Part shown: piece by piece, positions 28,065 through 38,632 of the stretch | Position numbering within the stretch: position 1 is the first letter of the stretch | Layout: the number at the start of each line of letters is the position of its first letter | IMG/VR virus record: IMGVR_UViG_3300035520_000308 | Length of the DNA: 64,000 nucleotides | DNA from: an uncultured virus (IMG/VR IMGVR_UViG_3300035520_000308) | Taxonomy: Duplodnaviria; Heunggongvirae; Uroviricota; Caudoviricetes | Reading direction: 5' to 3' (one strand) | Notes under the pieces: generated by a model | Database searches by the model: none | Told to the model about the DNA's origin: nothing | The model's input: the letters and a program-made list of their open reading frames with translations, nothing else | Program-made: the position numbers and the translations under genes

Positions 28065-28457
28065 CTAATCTTCCAACATAAAATCAATTGCTTTGATTTC
28101 CTCTGCCGTGAAAACATCATATCTGTCACTTTCTGTCTTTTCCAGTTCTGTGAATCCTACTTTCCGCACATTCAGTTCTGTATTGGAATTGAGGTATTCC
28201 TCGTATTCCGTTATAAACTTGACTTTGTTTTCTCCGAGGTCATATGTGCCATTTTCTGTCTTTGCTGTTCCATCATCATTTTTGGTGCAGTATGTCTCAA
28301 TCAGCTCCATACGTTTTTTTTCGATGATTTCAATGTCTTCTTCCATCGTTTTCATGTTTTTAGAAATCGCATAGGATAATGCCGGAGGAAGTTTCTTCAC
28401 TGCCAGTTTGGATAAATTTTGATACAGTTCGATTTCTTTTTTTAACGTGATATCCAT
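28065..28457 (-). CDS. Phage tail-associated hypothetical protein
   Basis: Position between fibre and holin. Confidence 0.55.
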   Translation of the reverse strand: MDITLKKEIELYQNLSKLAVKKLPPALSYAISKNMKTMEEDIEIIEKKRMELIETYCTKNDDGTAKTENGTYDLGENKVKFITEYEEYLNSNTELNVRKVGFTELEKTESDRYDVFTAEEIKAIDFMLED

Positions 28458-28477
28458 CTTTTTTCACCTCTTTTCTA

Positions 28478-28711
28478 TTAATCTTCCACCAGTTTCCATG
28501 CCTCTTCTTCAAACGTGTCCATGTCTGTCTTAACAGCCTCTTTGTTTTCCAAATATGCCTGTCTGTCCGTGATGGTCTTTGTGATGTTCGGATTTCCGCC
28601 ATTCTCGCTGATATTTGCACTCATGATTACTACATTCACCTTGTTTCCGGTTGCAGAATCCTCAATTGTGCTTGTACCTGTCAGCGTGATACTTTTTCTT
28701 GTTTCTAACAT
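28478..28711 (-). CDS. Small phage protein
   Basis: Position; RBS. Confidence 0.55.
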   Translation of the reverse strand: MLETRKSITLTGTSTIEDSATGNKVNVVIMSANISENGGNPNITKTITDRQAYLENKEAVKTDMDTFEEEAWKLVED

Positions 28712-28741
28712 TTGTGTTACCTCTCTTCCTTTATATGTGTC

Positions 28742-30910
28742 TTACAGGCTCCCACTCATGGAAATTCCTATAAGATGTGTTACTATGTCATTTAAATTAT
28801 TGATTCTTTCCTCTTGCATCTGCAATTTTCTAATGATAAGTGGAATGAATCTCGTGTAGTCAACTCCCTCCGGTAATCCGTCATATCCGAAAGATACTGC
28901 GTTTGGATGGATAGATAGTACATCTTCTGCTATTACTCCGTACATATCCTTATCTCCGTATTCTGACTTGTAGTCGAAATGCACGATTTGTATATCCAGA
29001 AGTCTGTCTGCGACATCATCATTGATATTTTCGATATTTTCCTTATATCTGCGTGAGGAACGATTTGTAAGTGATGCCACAGAAAAAGCACCTGTTGTAA
29101 GATTCAGATACGCTCCATTTGAAGATTCATATCCGCTTGATGATGTGTACGGAACTAACCACAAGTATTGACTTGAATCTATTTTTATATATGCCTTTCT
29201 GTCGTAATCGTTATGCAGTATTACTTGCGATTCATTGAATCCGCTTGTAAGGACTTCCATTGTGCCTTTACATCTCATATGTGACCCTGATGCAATTCGA
29301 GAACTTGCATATATCTCATTACCTATAGTTAATTTTCCTTCTATATACGCATGCCCATTGCATGTAAACTTACCGTCTTCGTAATAGGAAACGCCACCGG
29401 TCACCAACATCCCAGTTACAACAGCTTTCCCGTTACATGTGAATTTACTGTCGGTGTAGTAATTGTCTCCTCCGGCTGTTAATACTCCAGTAACGAATGC
29501 GTCTCCGGTAACAGATGCAGCTCCATCAATGAATGCGTCTCCGGTAACAGATGCAGCTCCATCAATGAATGCATTCCCATGTATATTCGCATCTTCAGCT
29601 ACTTCAATGCTATTTGCATATACATATCCACTAGCAGTAGCAATAAATTTTCCTTGAAGTTCCCCATTCAAATCACCATACTGTGTAGAAAAACACCATG
29701 TATCTTCATTTATTGGCTTTTGGATATACATACGATATCCAGTTCCGCTTGCAACTGAATCTGCCTGTACATAATTGCCCGATATTGTTAAGCATCCAAA
29801 TTTACCCGCCGTAGCCTCCATACTTCCGTCTGTGTTTATTCTGAAGTAATTATTTGCCGTAACTGCGCCATTCAGATTTATCTTACTCGCATTTATCGTC
29901 ACGGATTCCGCTGTCTGGTTAATTGCAGATATTACACCGTCTTTCGATACTTTTGAAGATATCTGGTCTGCCTGTTGCGTGATTGTACTCTCTGCAGCAG
30001 TTACCCGCGTCGCCAATGATTCTACGTTAGATTGTGTTGCATATGTTTTACTTACTTCGGATGTTATGGAATCAGCTTTCTGCTCAATCGCAGAGTTCAT
30101 CTGCGTTGTAGTGCTGTAACTTTTCAATTTTTCATCGGTGTCGGAAATAGCGTCGGATTTTGCGGTGTCTGCGTAGGACTTTGCGGTGCTTTCAGCATTG
30201 CTTTGTGCCTCACCGGACACTGTGTCCGCGTAGGATTTTGTTTCTGTTATCTGCTTGTTCACAGTACTTGTAATGCTGTCAGCCTTTTCCTCAATTGCGG
30301 CATTCATTTGTACTGTGGTGCTGTATGATTGCAATTTCGTGTCCGTGTCTGCAATCGCAGAATTAAGCGCATTATTCGCTTTATTTGTTGCATCTTCACT
30401 AGCCGCACTCATTCCGTCATTAAATATCGAAATTGTGGTATAAGTCGCTGATACCTCACTTCTTATGCTGCTCATCGTCTGTTCGATTTTGCTGTTTACT
30501 TCCGAAGTGGTACTATAATTTGTCAGTTTATTATCCACACTGTTTTCATAATCGTATGTGGATTCTTTCCAACTCGATATGACAGAGCCATTTTCAAGTT
30601 GTGCTTCATAAAGATACACTTTAGACGGCTCAAATTGCAATGTCAGTGTCTTTGCAGTCAATAATACTGGAAAATCAATTCTTTTCCATCCGTTTTGTAC
30701 AACAATACCCACGCCATTTTTAGTTCCACCGATTAATTCAACTGCCATTTGCTTTGTCGGATTTACATATATCGTGAAGACATACTCTTCTCCTATAATT
30801 ACACTGTCATCGAGTGGGATGTCTACAAATATTTCTTCATCTGTGCTTTCTATTACCGCACATTCTCCGCTTAATCCGTTTGGCAATGTTGTTGTAGTTG
30901 TTGCTATCAA
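28742..30910 (-). CDS. Tail fibre/spike with C-terminal intramolecular chaperone (peptidase S74-like)
   Basis: Coiled-coil repeats, ISAINQTAESVTINASKINLNG, beta-helix repeats, SSRRYKENI...GVIAEDV...VDY. Confidence 0.85.
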   Translation of the reverse strand: MIATTTTTLPNGLSGECAVIESTDEEIFVDIPLDDSVIIGEEYVFTIYVNPTKQMAVELIGGTKNGVGIVVQNGWKRIDFPVLLTAKTLTLQFEPSKVYLYEAQLENGSVISSWKESTYDYENSVDNKLTNYSTTSEVNSKIEQTMSSIRSEVSATYTTISIFNDGMSAASEDATNKANNALNSAIADTDTKLQSYSTTVQMNAAIEEKADSITSTVNKQITETKSYADTVSGEAQSNAESTAKSYADTAKSDAISDTDEKLKSYSTTTQMNSAIEQKADSITSEVSKTYATQSNVESLATRVTAAESTITQQADQISSKVSKDGVISAINQTAESVTINASKINLNGAVTANNYFRINTDGSMEATAGKFGCLTISGNYVQADSVASGTGYRMYIQKPINEDTWCFSTQYGDLNGELQGKFIATASGYVYANSIEVAEDANIHGNAFIDGAASVTGDAFIDGAASVTGDAFVTGVLTAGGDNYYTDSKFTCNGKAVVTGMLVTGGVSYYEDGKFTCNGHAYIEGKLTIGNEIYASSRIASGSHMRCKGTMEVLTSGFNESQVILHNDYDRKAYIKIDSSQYLWLVPYTSSSGYESSNGAYLNLTTGAFSVASLTNRSSRRYKENIENINDDVADRLLDIQIVHFDYKSEYGDKDMYGVIAEDVLSIHPNAVSFGYDGLPEGVDYTRFIPLIIRKLQMQEERINNLNDIVTHLIGISMSGSL
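29495..29572. repeat. 36-bp perfect tandem duplication in the fibre gene
   Basis: gaatgcgtctccggtaacagatgcagctccatcaat x2, encoding AFIDGAASVTGD. Confidence 0.9.
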
Positions 30911-30975
30911 TTATTTCACCTCACAATCGAGCAGATGTGTAAAATAATTATCCATGTTTTTTATTTCAGATTCCG

Positions 30976-31085
30976 CTATGCTAGGACGAAGCGGGGACGG
31001 ACACAGCAGCCCGCGTAGGAAGCGCTGTCGCAGCCCGCACCGCCGTCGCGGCCCGCATCGGCGAAACTCGAAGCCGAAGCAACAT
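30976..31085 (-). other. Putative DGR variable region (VR)
   Basis: Abrupt GC-rich 3' end built of NNY codons (GAT GCG GGC CGC GAC GGC GGT GCG GGC TGC GAC AGC GCT TCC TAC GCG GGC TGC TGT) followed by GTCCGTCCCCGCTTC. Confidence 0.7.
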
Positions 31086-31908
31086 CTTTTAACCAGTAAT
31101 AACTACTTCGATTATTTATTGTTCTCTCATCCATAGCGAACACTTCAAATTGTCGTTTAGCTGTTCCTATATCATATCCGCTACTAGACCATACTACCGA
31201 GCCATAAACCTCAATTTCACTCATCAAACAAGCCTGTACATTCTTCCATGTAAAACCACTTGAGCAACCACTATTCGTTCCAAAACGATTGTAACCTGTC
31301 GCATTAATAGCATTTGACAACAATTCATTTGTGGTTTTTAAATGACTTCCGAAAATATAGTAGAGCTGTTGATTGATGGTTGCTCCGCTGTCAACAGAGC
31401 CACTTGTAACGACATCTCCAAGTATTTTTGTATTCATTTCAGATGCAACGTAGCCACCTACTGTGGTATTGGAACTATTCATTCTATGTCTGCCAAAATG
31501 AAAACTTCCGCTATATCCTTTACCCGGTATCATTACAAGGTGATTATAACTAGCTACGCTTGCACTACCATTGTTGTATAATCCTCCTAAACTTGCAATC
31601 GTCACCCACTGTGAGCCAGTTGTATTGTATGTGTCTCCCTGTATATTCGGAGCAGTCACAGCACGTCCCATATCGAAGTAATCACCTGGGTATAAGTCCT
31701 CGTATTCACTATAACCATTCGTTCCCGCGATACGATTCCACAAACTTCCATCCGTAAAGTAACTCGTGATATCCTTGTATCTTGGTCTCAACAGCCCTCT
31801 AATAAGCTGATATTTTGATATTTGGACAAGTTTGTTTCCTTGATTGACAAATATCTTGTCGCTGTCTTTTATGTCTGTGATTGTTGAATATTCCGTGATT
31901 TTTCCCAT
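30976..31908 (-). CDS. Receptor-binding protein with C-type lectin-like C-terminus (DGR target type)
   Basis: GGYVASEM, LMSEIEVYG, YYWLKDVASASSFA...VRPRFVL ending typical of DGR-diversified CLec proteins. Confidence 0.8.
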   Translation of the reverse strand: MGKITEYSTITDIKDSDKIFVNQGNKLVQISKYQLIRGLLRPRYKDITSYFTDGSLWNRIAGTNGYSEYEDLYPGDYFDMGRAVTAPNIQGDTYNTTGSQWVTIASLGGLYNNGSASVASYNHLVMIPGKGYSGSFHFGRHRMNSSNTTVGGYVASEMNTKILGDVVTSGSVDSGATINQQLYYIFGSHLKTTNELLSNAINATGYNRFGTNSGCSSGFTWKNVQACLMSEIEVYGSVVWSSSGYDIGTAKRQFEVFAMDERTINNRSSYYWLKDVASASSFADAGRDGGAGCDSASYAGCCVRPRFVLA

Positions 31909-31925
31909 ATCTGTTTACCATCCTT

Positions 31926-34805
31926 TTATAAAATAATTGCATATATCTGCTGTGAGTTTTGGTCTATGAGTAATTCCCCATTTTCATCCCTCAACACTTC
32001 ATATGCCGTTGCCAGACTTAACACTTTTGAGCCGTTGATTTTATTTGCAGTTCCGACAGAAAGACTTGCAAATTCAAGTTTCGTGGTATATGTCGCAGAT
32101 ACCTCACTCTTGATGTCCGTGCTTGTCTGCGATATCATACTTCCTACATCTTCCGTGGTACTGTAGGATTTCAATCGGCTTACTGTGTCTGCTATTGCAT
32201 CCGCTTTCGCTTGGTTTGCTTTTGTCGTTGCATCACTGCTTGCTGTGCTTACCGCCTCTTTTACACCACTGGAAATAGCACTTGTCATATCTGCCGTATT
32301 TGTGTAATTCTGTAACAAATCATCCGCAACGGAATTAGCTTTCGCCATAGCCTCCGCCGCATCCTGTATTGCTTTTGTTACTTCGTTATCTTTCAGTAAT
32401 TGCCAATAATATTCTCCATTGCTGTGTTGAAAACGGTAGCAGAATCCCTGTTCTTCGCTGTCTTCGCTTTGAACGTAATACAAGTCTCCAACATGGATAT
32501 TTTTTGTTTTATCATCTGTCCACTCATTCGCCGGATAATTGTCTAATGTCGGTGTCTCACTTCCAAACCATGTCTCAATCGCACCATCAATCTGGCTTTG
32601 CAGATTGTCAATGTCATTATTTACACTGTCCTGCGTTGCGTAGGTGCTGCTTACCACACTTTTGAATCCGTTCAAATCCTGTGTCAGTTCGGAATACTGC
32701 GTGGATATCTCGGAGAAATTTTTGTCCGTCTCATCTGCAAATTCCACAAGTGTCGCAGAAAAGGAATAGAGCTGTTCTCCGTTTTCATCCGTCAGTAAAT
32801 TACCGCTCTCATCCTCAATTGTTTCTTTGGAAAGATTGTCCACTGCCGTTGTAATATCCTGTTTCCAAATCTTACTTGATATCTGCCCCTGTATTGCAGA
32901 TATCTCTGTGCCTTGCGTGGATATCTGTTCGCTGTTTCCATCTGTTTTATCTGTCAGATTCTGAAACGCAACATCCAATGTCTGTCCATCCGCATTTACA
33001 TAGATTTTGTTTGAACTAAGCGTGTGAGAGCCATCTGTGTTTATCACATCGAACAGACTTCCAATGTCCAGTTTCGCCGCTGAAATGTTCGCCGTGTCAG
33101 ATACCATGTCATTTCGGATAATCGCTGTCTTTATGGCACTGTCTGTGATTCCTCCCTCGGAAAACATCAGGTTTCCATCGCTGTCCCAGATGTTGATGGA
33201 ATAGTCATTCTCTGCATCTTTTCCAATCTGTACTCTTACATTCGTTCCGTCTGATATCTGAATGGTATTGTCAGAAATCACCATGTTTCCGCTATTGGAT
33301 GTGATATCGACTTTGTTGGTATTCAACGTTCCGCTTGTAACCTTGTTTGCGCTGATTTCATCAATCATTGCTGATTTAATCTGCGCATTTCCAAGCTGTG
33401 CAATGACGGCATTGGCAAATTCCGTCTGAATCACATCTCCTGTCGCAGAGCCGAAGATTAAAGTATTGATATCTGCAACTCCACTCTGCAATGTCTGTAT
33501 CACTGCACTTCCGGCTGTAAGGGCATTTGCTTCTAATGTTCCAACTCTCGCATCTGTTGCATTTAAGCTGTTGATTGTCGCATAATCAGATTTCAAAGTT
33601 TCAATCGTGGCATACGTTGCAGATATGTTGGTGATTATGGCATTTTCAATATTCGCCTCTATTACATCCATCTTATCTGCGCTTATGTAATTTGCCTCCA
33701 AGTATTCAATACTTGCCTTTGTGGCTACCAGACTGTTTACTAAAAGCAGTTCTGCATTTGTACGTTCTAATGCTTTTGTAGTCGGACCTTGATATTTGTC
33801 AGAGACATCTTCATCATCCGTGCTTTCTGCCTTTACTGTCGTGGTCAGACCACCGTCAATTTCATGTGTGATTTCCATTACCGGTATCTTATATTCATTT
33901 CCAAAAATATCCGTTCCGGTGATGATGTCCCATACATCTATCCGGCAGTCTCCCAAGAATTTTATTTCTGCTCCACGATAAGTAAATCCATTAAATCTTT
34001 CGTAGATACTGTCTGTGATGTCCTGTGTCACAAATGGATTGCTGAAAGATATACCGGTATTGCCACCTCCGGATGTGTATGTGGTATCATTCTCTGCGAT
34101 TCCGACTACTTTATTTACTGTATAATCACTTTCATTCCTTATAAAATCATAGGTCTTGGATATCGGTACTGTGTAACCGGAATCCTCATATGTCTTAAAT
34201 TCCAGTTCTCCGTCTCTGTTTATCACAGCGAACATTCCGTATAATCCGGCTATATATCCTACTGCCTCACGCATAGTGTAACCGGCAAATGCAGTATTGG
34301 ATGCTGATTCATCCGTGGATGGATTATTTAATGTAATCGGAGATAGTGTGGAATTTGCAAATGTGATTCCGCTCTTACTTGCGATTTCATTCATCACACT
34401 TACTGTATCTGTCGGATAGCTTAAATCTGATACATAATTCTTCTCCAAGTTCGACATCCGGTCATATGCCTTGAATGTAATGTCATAGTCTGTCACTTCC
34501 GGTTTATTCGCTTTGAACAATCCCATCGGAACATATTCTTTTTCTTCTTCAATCTGCAAGCCGAGGGAGAAAGTGAACTCTTGTCCTGTGATGACGTGTT
34601 CTGTTTTTTCCATTGTAACTTCGATATAGGCAGATACTGCAGAGCCGACAGTGATTCCGCTTTCGGAATTTGAGCCGCCAGTGTAGGTTATTTTCTTGAT
34701 GCCTGATGTGATGGAAAAAGAGGAACATTCCAGTTTCGGATAGAATGTTCTGCCGCCCGCCTGTTGGATTAAGTTGTTGAATGAATCTGATGATTTTTTG
34801 TACAT
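31926..34805 (-). CDS. Tail-associated baseplate hub/spike (Tal-like) protein
   Basis: YVPMGLF, AYDRM, NPF, coiled coils, RVQIGKDA; position after the Dit-like gene. Confidence 0.75.
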   Translation of the reverse strand: MYKKSSDSFNNLIQQAGGRTFYPKLECSSFSITSGIKKITYTGGSNSESGITVGSAVSAYIEVTMEKTEHVITGQEFTFSLGLQIEEEKEYVPMGLFKANKPEVTDYDITFKAYDRMSNLEKNYVSDLSYPTDTVSVMNEIASKSGITFANSTLSPITLNNPSTDESASNTAFAGYTMREAVGYIAGLYGMFAVINRDGELEFKTYEDSGYTVPISKTYDFIRNESDYTVNKVVGIAENDTTYTSGGGNTGISFSNPFVTQDITDSIYERFNGFTYRGAEIKFLGDCRIDVWDIITGTDIFGNEYKIPVMEITHEIDGGLTTTVKAESTDDEDVSDKYQGPTTKALERTNAELLLVNSLVATKASIEYLEANYISADKMDVIEANIENAIITNISATYATIETLKSDYATINSLNATDARVGTLEANALTAGSAVIQTLQSGVADINTLIFGSATGDVIQTEFANAVIAQLGNAQIKSAMIDEISANKVTSGTLNTNKVDITSNSGNMVISDNTIQISDGTNVRVQIGKDAENDYSINIWDSDGNLMFSEGGITDSAIKTAIIRNDMVSDTANISAAKLDIGSLFDVINTDGSHTLSSNKIYVNADGQTLDVAFQNLTDKTDGNSEQISTQGTEISAIQGQISSKIWKQDITTAVDNLSKETIEDESGNLLTDENGEQLYSFSATLVEFADETDKNFSEISTQYSELTQDLNGFKSVVSSTYATQDSVNNDIDNLQSQIDGAIETWFGSETPTLDNYPANEWTDDKTKNIHVGDLYYVQSEDSEEQGFCYRFQHSNGEYYWQLLKDNEVTKAIQDAAEAMAKANSVADDLLQNYTNTADMTSAISSGVKEAVSTASSDATTKANQAKADAIADTVSRLKSYSTTEDVGSMISQTSTDIKSEVSATYTTKLEFASLSVGTANKINGSKVLSLATAYEVLRDENGELLIDQNSQQIYAIIL

Positions 34806-34815
34806 ACTGAATCAC

Positions 34816-35184
34816 CTACTGTTCTATCAAATCGAATGACATTTGTTTGTACCGCACATGGTCTTTGTAATAGCTGTAAATCTCCTGCGCAGGGGAACTC
34901 GTGTAGAATGTCGCAGATGTTATCTTGTCTGTTGACACATTTGGTGGGATAAAAGCGACATTAAAAAAAGCACTCTGTTCAAGTAATCCTTGAATCAAAG
35001 CACTTTCTGATTGTTTCAATGGTATCGTTGTTACGGATAGTTTCCATTTCTTCGCCACGATATCCCCAACAAATGTCGCATCCAATGTTCGCCCCGCATT
35101 TGTTGACCATACGATTTCATGTGAAAATGAAAGGGAATTGATATATTGTGATATATCAATATTATTTACTTTTAAAAAAGCCAT
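34816..35184 (-). CDS. Distal tail (Dit-like) protein
   Basis: WSTNAGRT..ATFVGDIVAKK..FDLIEQ; start after AAAGGAG. Confidence 0.65.
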   Translation of the reverse strand: MAFLKVNNIDISQYINSLSFSHEIVWSTNAGRTLDATFVGDIVAKKWKLSVTTIPLKQSESALIQGLLEQSAFFNVAFIPPNVSTDKITSATFYTSSPAQEIYSYYKDHVRYKQMSFDLIEQ

Positions 35185-35218
35185 ATTCTCTCCTTTCAGT
35201 TCTTGGAATTGTTGCATA

Positions 35219-35258
35219 AAAAAAAGAAAGCTACCTCGATTTTGAGAATAGCTTTCCT
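35219..35258 (-). terminator. Intrinsic terminator
   Basis: gaaagcta...tagctttc hairpin with an A run (U tail on minus strand). Confidence 0.55.
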
Positions 35259-35269
35259 GTTATCATGTT

Positions 35270-36007
35270 TTAAAATTTGAATGTCTGCTGTCTGTTGGTA
35301 TTTTCAATCTGTTCTGCAATGAAGAATGGTGGCTCATACTTCTGTATCACTTCAATAGCGTTTTCGCACTGGCTACGCTTGATTGACTTGTACGATTTTA
35401 CACCGAAATTGTATTTCAGATTGGCATATAGGCTGTTATACAGTTTCGCCCGAAGACGTCTGTCATTGTATGCGTTTGATTGCTTACCGCCTAAGATTGC
35501 CACACCTTTCTTTTTCACTGCCTCTGTGATTTTATCTGCCTCTATCGGAAGTATTGGCAAATCCATTTCTAATTTGTCGATTCTGTCTGACAGATTGTCT
35601 ACTTTCTTATCAACTTGCTTTATTGCCTCATAATGCAGTTCAAGAAGTTTCATTGGATTATCTTGCAAGTTCTCCATTTGATATGTTCCGTTCTTTCGGA
35701 TAGATGGAAGTACCTCGGATGTTACCCATCGTTTGAATTTCTTTGCTCCCTCTAATTTACTTCCAAATATAAGAGAATATAATCCGCTTTCATTAACGAC
35801 AACCATATCTCTAAGCTGCCCCGCGTATTCCATTTGAAAATTTCTCCTATCATCTTTTTCAACTCTTTTAGCGGTAGCTGTTTTGGGTACCGCATAACCT
35901 AATGCATTAGCAATCTCGATTCCGACAAACCACGGCTCTCCATCAATAATAACTGTTCTGATTTCACCGAACTCTGAATTACTAAAAATCTGAATATCAC
36001 TCATCAT
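35270..36007 (-). CDS. BRO-N / ORF6C antirepressor (second copy)
   Basis: FSNSEFGEIRT, VNESGLY, FKRWVTSEVLPSIRK, FGVKSYKSI. Confidence 0.9.
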   Translation of the reverse strand: MMSDIQIFSNSEFGEIRTVIIDGEPWFVGIEIANALGYAVPKTATAKRVEKDDRRNFQMEYAGQLRDMVVVNESGLYSLIFGSKLEGAKKFKRWVTSEVLPSIRKNGTYQMENLQDNPMKLLELHYEAIKQVDKKVDNLSDRIDKLEMDLPILPIEADKITEAVKKKGVAILGGKQSNAYNDRRLRAKLYNSLYANLKYNFGVKSYKSIKRSQCENAIEVIQKYEPPFFIAEQIENTNRQQTFKF

Positions 36008-36020
36008 CAACACCGCCTTT

Positions 36021-36263
36021 CTAAACGACTGGAACATATTTGTCTTCCATAATACTGATTGCCAGTTTCATTCCAGAGATACCATAATACTTAACACATT
36101 CAACTGCGCAGTTTAAAACGATATCTCCAAGTTTTGAACATTCCTCTTTGTCCAACATCTTTTCCAGTTCGCTCATGAGCGGTTTGAAATAATCGTATGC
36201 GTCTCTAACGTCTTCATTGTTCATAATCTGCGTTACATACGCAAGCTCTAAAAATTTGTCCAT
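36021..36263 (-). CDS. Hypothetical protein
   Basis: AGAAAGGA RBS. Confidence 0.55.
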   Translation of the reverse strand: MDKFLELAYVTQIMNNEDVRDAYDYFKPLMSELEKMLDKEECSKLGDIVLNCAVECVKYYGISGMKLAISIMEDKYVPVV

Positions 36264-36391
36264 ACAATACCATTCCTTTCTGTAAAAAATACTTGATTTT
36301 CCCTAGAAAGGATGATACTATAATTGAGTAAACATCCTTTCTTGGGTGTTGCGGTTTAAGAAGTTGTTTTGATTGCTAGTCGGGCAACTTC

Positions 36392-36574
36392 TTATTTTTT
36401 GTCTATTTCCTCCTTGACTCTGCTAACTCCGATGTTTATAACATCCGTTCTGCTCACATTCAGCTTTTCGGCACAATATTGTAAATCATCTGCCTCTTGC
36501 TTTGTAAGTCTTAAATCTAATCTTACGTTTTTTGGGTTGTCAGTAAGTTTCTGCCCCTTTTTTATAGGAGACAT
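36392..36574 (-). CDS. Ribbon-helix-helix regulator
   Basis: DNPKNVRLDLRLT...SRTDVINIGV; palindrome TTGCACGTGCAA upstream (36598-36609) with a second partial copy near 36634. Confidence 0.7.
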   Translation of the reverse strand: MSPIKKGQKLTDNPKNVRLDLRLTKQEADDLQYCAEKLNVSRTDVINIGVSRVKEEIDKK

Positions 36575-36739
36575 ATTATCACTTCCTCTCTTTATGATTG
36601 CACGTGCAATCTTTATATTCCATATATTACAACGCACGTGCAAACTTGTCAATAGGAAATTTGAAATTTTTTCAAAATAAAATTAGCACCCACGATATGC
36701 AAGTGCTAATTTGTGTTCGTATGTGAAATTTATCTTGTA

Positions 36740-37387
36740 CTAAGCAACCAACAGTTTCTTTTCTCCGTTTGTGATAAATCCCTTTATGTCATTATATCCC
36801 CAACCGCAATTTACCAGTCCGCTTACAATCATTTCTATTGACTGCACTTTTGCTAATTCTTCTTCGCTGAACAAATCTCTTAAGTTATCAGTTTTGGATA
36901 TTCCGTATTCTTCCCTTAACTGCTTTGCGCTTTTCCCAAACACCACTTTGTATACAATGTCCGTATAGGTTGAATATGCGTGACCGTGCATACGCTCATT
37001 TTCATTTGATTGCTGAATAGCCTTTGTTAATGATTGTCTGACCGCTATTCCTTTTTCTCTCTCAATGAGTTTCCCTTTCAGCACTTCTTCCATAGCATTA
37101 AACTGACGGATATATGCCTCTTTGAACTGCATGGCTTTCTCGCCAGTATACCCCATAGCTAAAAGCGTAAATCCATCTCGTGTCATGTAATACATTGGAA
37201 GCTTTTTGTTCTGCTCTGACATATAAGAGGAGAGCACAAAATTGTGCTGTCTAAATTCTTCACTACACCCTAACTCTCGTATATCCTGTAAAATACGCTT
37301 ATGTTCTTTTACAAATGTTTCAGCCACATCAAGGCTTGTTACCACATTTACCTCTCTTTTGTTCAGCTTTCTTGTTTCTACTAACAT
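36740..37387 (-). CDS. Rha family phage regulatory protein
   Basis: TSLDVAETF.KEH..ILQDIR, YYMTRDGFTLLAMGYTGEKA..FK..YI.QFN.ME. Confidence 0.9.
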   Translation of the reverse strand: MLVETRKLNKREVNVVTSLDVAETFVKEHKRILQDIRELGCSEEFRQHNFVLSSYMSEQNKKLPMYYMTRDGFTLLAMGYTGEKAMQFKEAYIRQFNAMEEVLKGKLIEREKGIAVRQSLTKAIQQSNENERMHGHAYSTYTDIVYKVVFGKSAKQLREEYGISKTDNLRDLFSEEELAKVQSIEMIVSGLVNCGWGYNDIKGFITNGEKKLLVA

Positions 37388-37675
37388 ACTATCATTCCTC
37401 CTGATGATATAAATTGATGTTATATTTGTGTGACAATTTATGATTTTTAATAAAATTTTTTTGCGTGTATCTTTTAAAAATTATTTCGTTTCTTTTTTAT
37501 ATATATCTTTCGATGAAAAGTAAAAAACGCATACAAAAAAGAAAACATAATCAACTAATGGTAATCCTTTTGTACACGTTATATGGCATTTTTTACTTTT
37601 CGTAAGTATACTACCACATTTCTGTTTTGTCAAGCATAATAAAATAGAGAGTGCGTTATGCACCCTCTAAGTAAA

Positions 37676-37918
37676 TTATATCTTTTTCTCGAAAACATTT
37701 CCACATTTTGAACACACAAATGTTGTTTTTCCGTTCTTCCCTTTTATTCCAGTAGCCGCTCCAACAACTGCACCTACTGGACCGCCAAGAAGACCTCCTA
37801 CCGTATTTCCGACGATACATTTACCGAAAGAAAATTTCTTCTTTGTATCGACTGGAATACCTACTCCATCGCAACTCCATTTTGGGCATATAATTTGTCT
37901 TCCCATGTTTATCACCAT
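37676..37918 (-). CDS. Small Gly-zipper / Zn-ribbon membrane protein
   Basis: CPK..C, GGLLGGPVGAVVGA, CSKCG. Confidence 0.6.
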   Translation of the reverse strand: MVINMGRQIICPKWSCDGVGIPVDTKKKFSFGKCIVGNTVGGLLGGPVGAVVGAATGIKGKNGKTTFVCSKCGNVFEKKI

Positions 37919-37924
37919 CCTTTA

Positions 37925-38578
37925 TCATTCCACTTTTGTAAATATAAATTTTGTATCGCTTGTATCTAATCTTATATGCTGATTATCATTGACTTCTATG
38001 ATAGTTCCTTCATAATAATTTGCATTAATATATTGAATATTATCATATTCCAAATATCCATCTTCTTCATAAATAGAATTATCTTCTATGTAGAATAATC
38101 CGTTTTCTCTAGGATATTTATAACCATAAGTAACACTATATTTGCCTGTTGGTAATACATAGATGTATGAATATATTTCTTTCTTAGGTACTTGTGAATT
38201 GTCATAGTACTTCATTCCATTTGTACATTCATCCGTTTGCGAATATTCGTTCTCTTTTCCAAACTCTAATGTAATGGTTGAGCTATCTTCTTGCACAGGA
38301 TTAGTATTTGATATTTCATTGTTTATTTCGTCAATGTTATCATTGACATCTACATTAGACGTTTCACCAATCGTTGAATCAATTTCCGTTTCTTGATTTT
38401 CAGCTTTTTCATTATGTCCAAGCATAGTAGGAATTACAAAAAACACAACAATTGCAACAATAATCCATGTTATAGCATGACTTTGTTTTTTACAACAATT
38501 TGGACATATCTTTGCTTTCTTCGGTATTTCTGATTGACAATATTTACATAATTTCGTTCCTTTTGACATACTCGCCAT
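37925..38578 (-). CDS. Zn-ribbon membrane protein (moron, possible superinfection exclusion)
   Basis: CKYC...CPNC, TM helix, AT-rich extracellular domain. Confidence 0.6.
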   Translation of the reverse strand: MASMSKGTKLCKYCQSEIPKKAKICPNCCKKQSHAITWIIVAIVVFFVIPTMLGHNEKAENQETEIDSTIGETSNVDVNDNIDEINNEISNTNPVQEDSSTITLEFGKENEYSQTDECTNGMKYYDNSQVPKKEIYSYIYVLPTGKYSVTYGYKYPRENGLFYIEDNSIYEEDGYLEYDNIQYINANYYEGTIIEVNDNQHIRLDTSDTKFIFTKVE

Positions 38579-38632
38579 CTCCTTTTCGTTTTTCTGACAT
38601 TATAATGGAAATGGCTGTATATGTCAAGTATC

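Noticed and set aside
30954..31136. Arg-rich 60-aa plus-strand ORF
   Set aside because: By-product of the GC-rich variable region on the opposite strand
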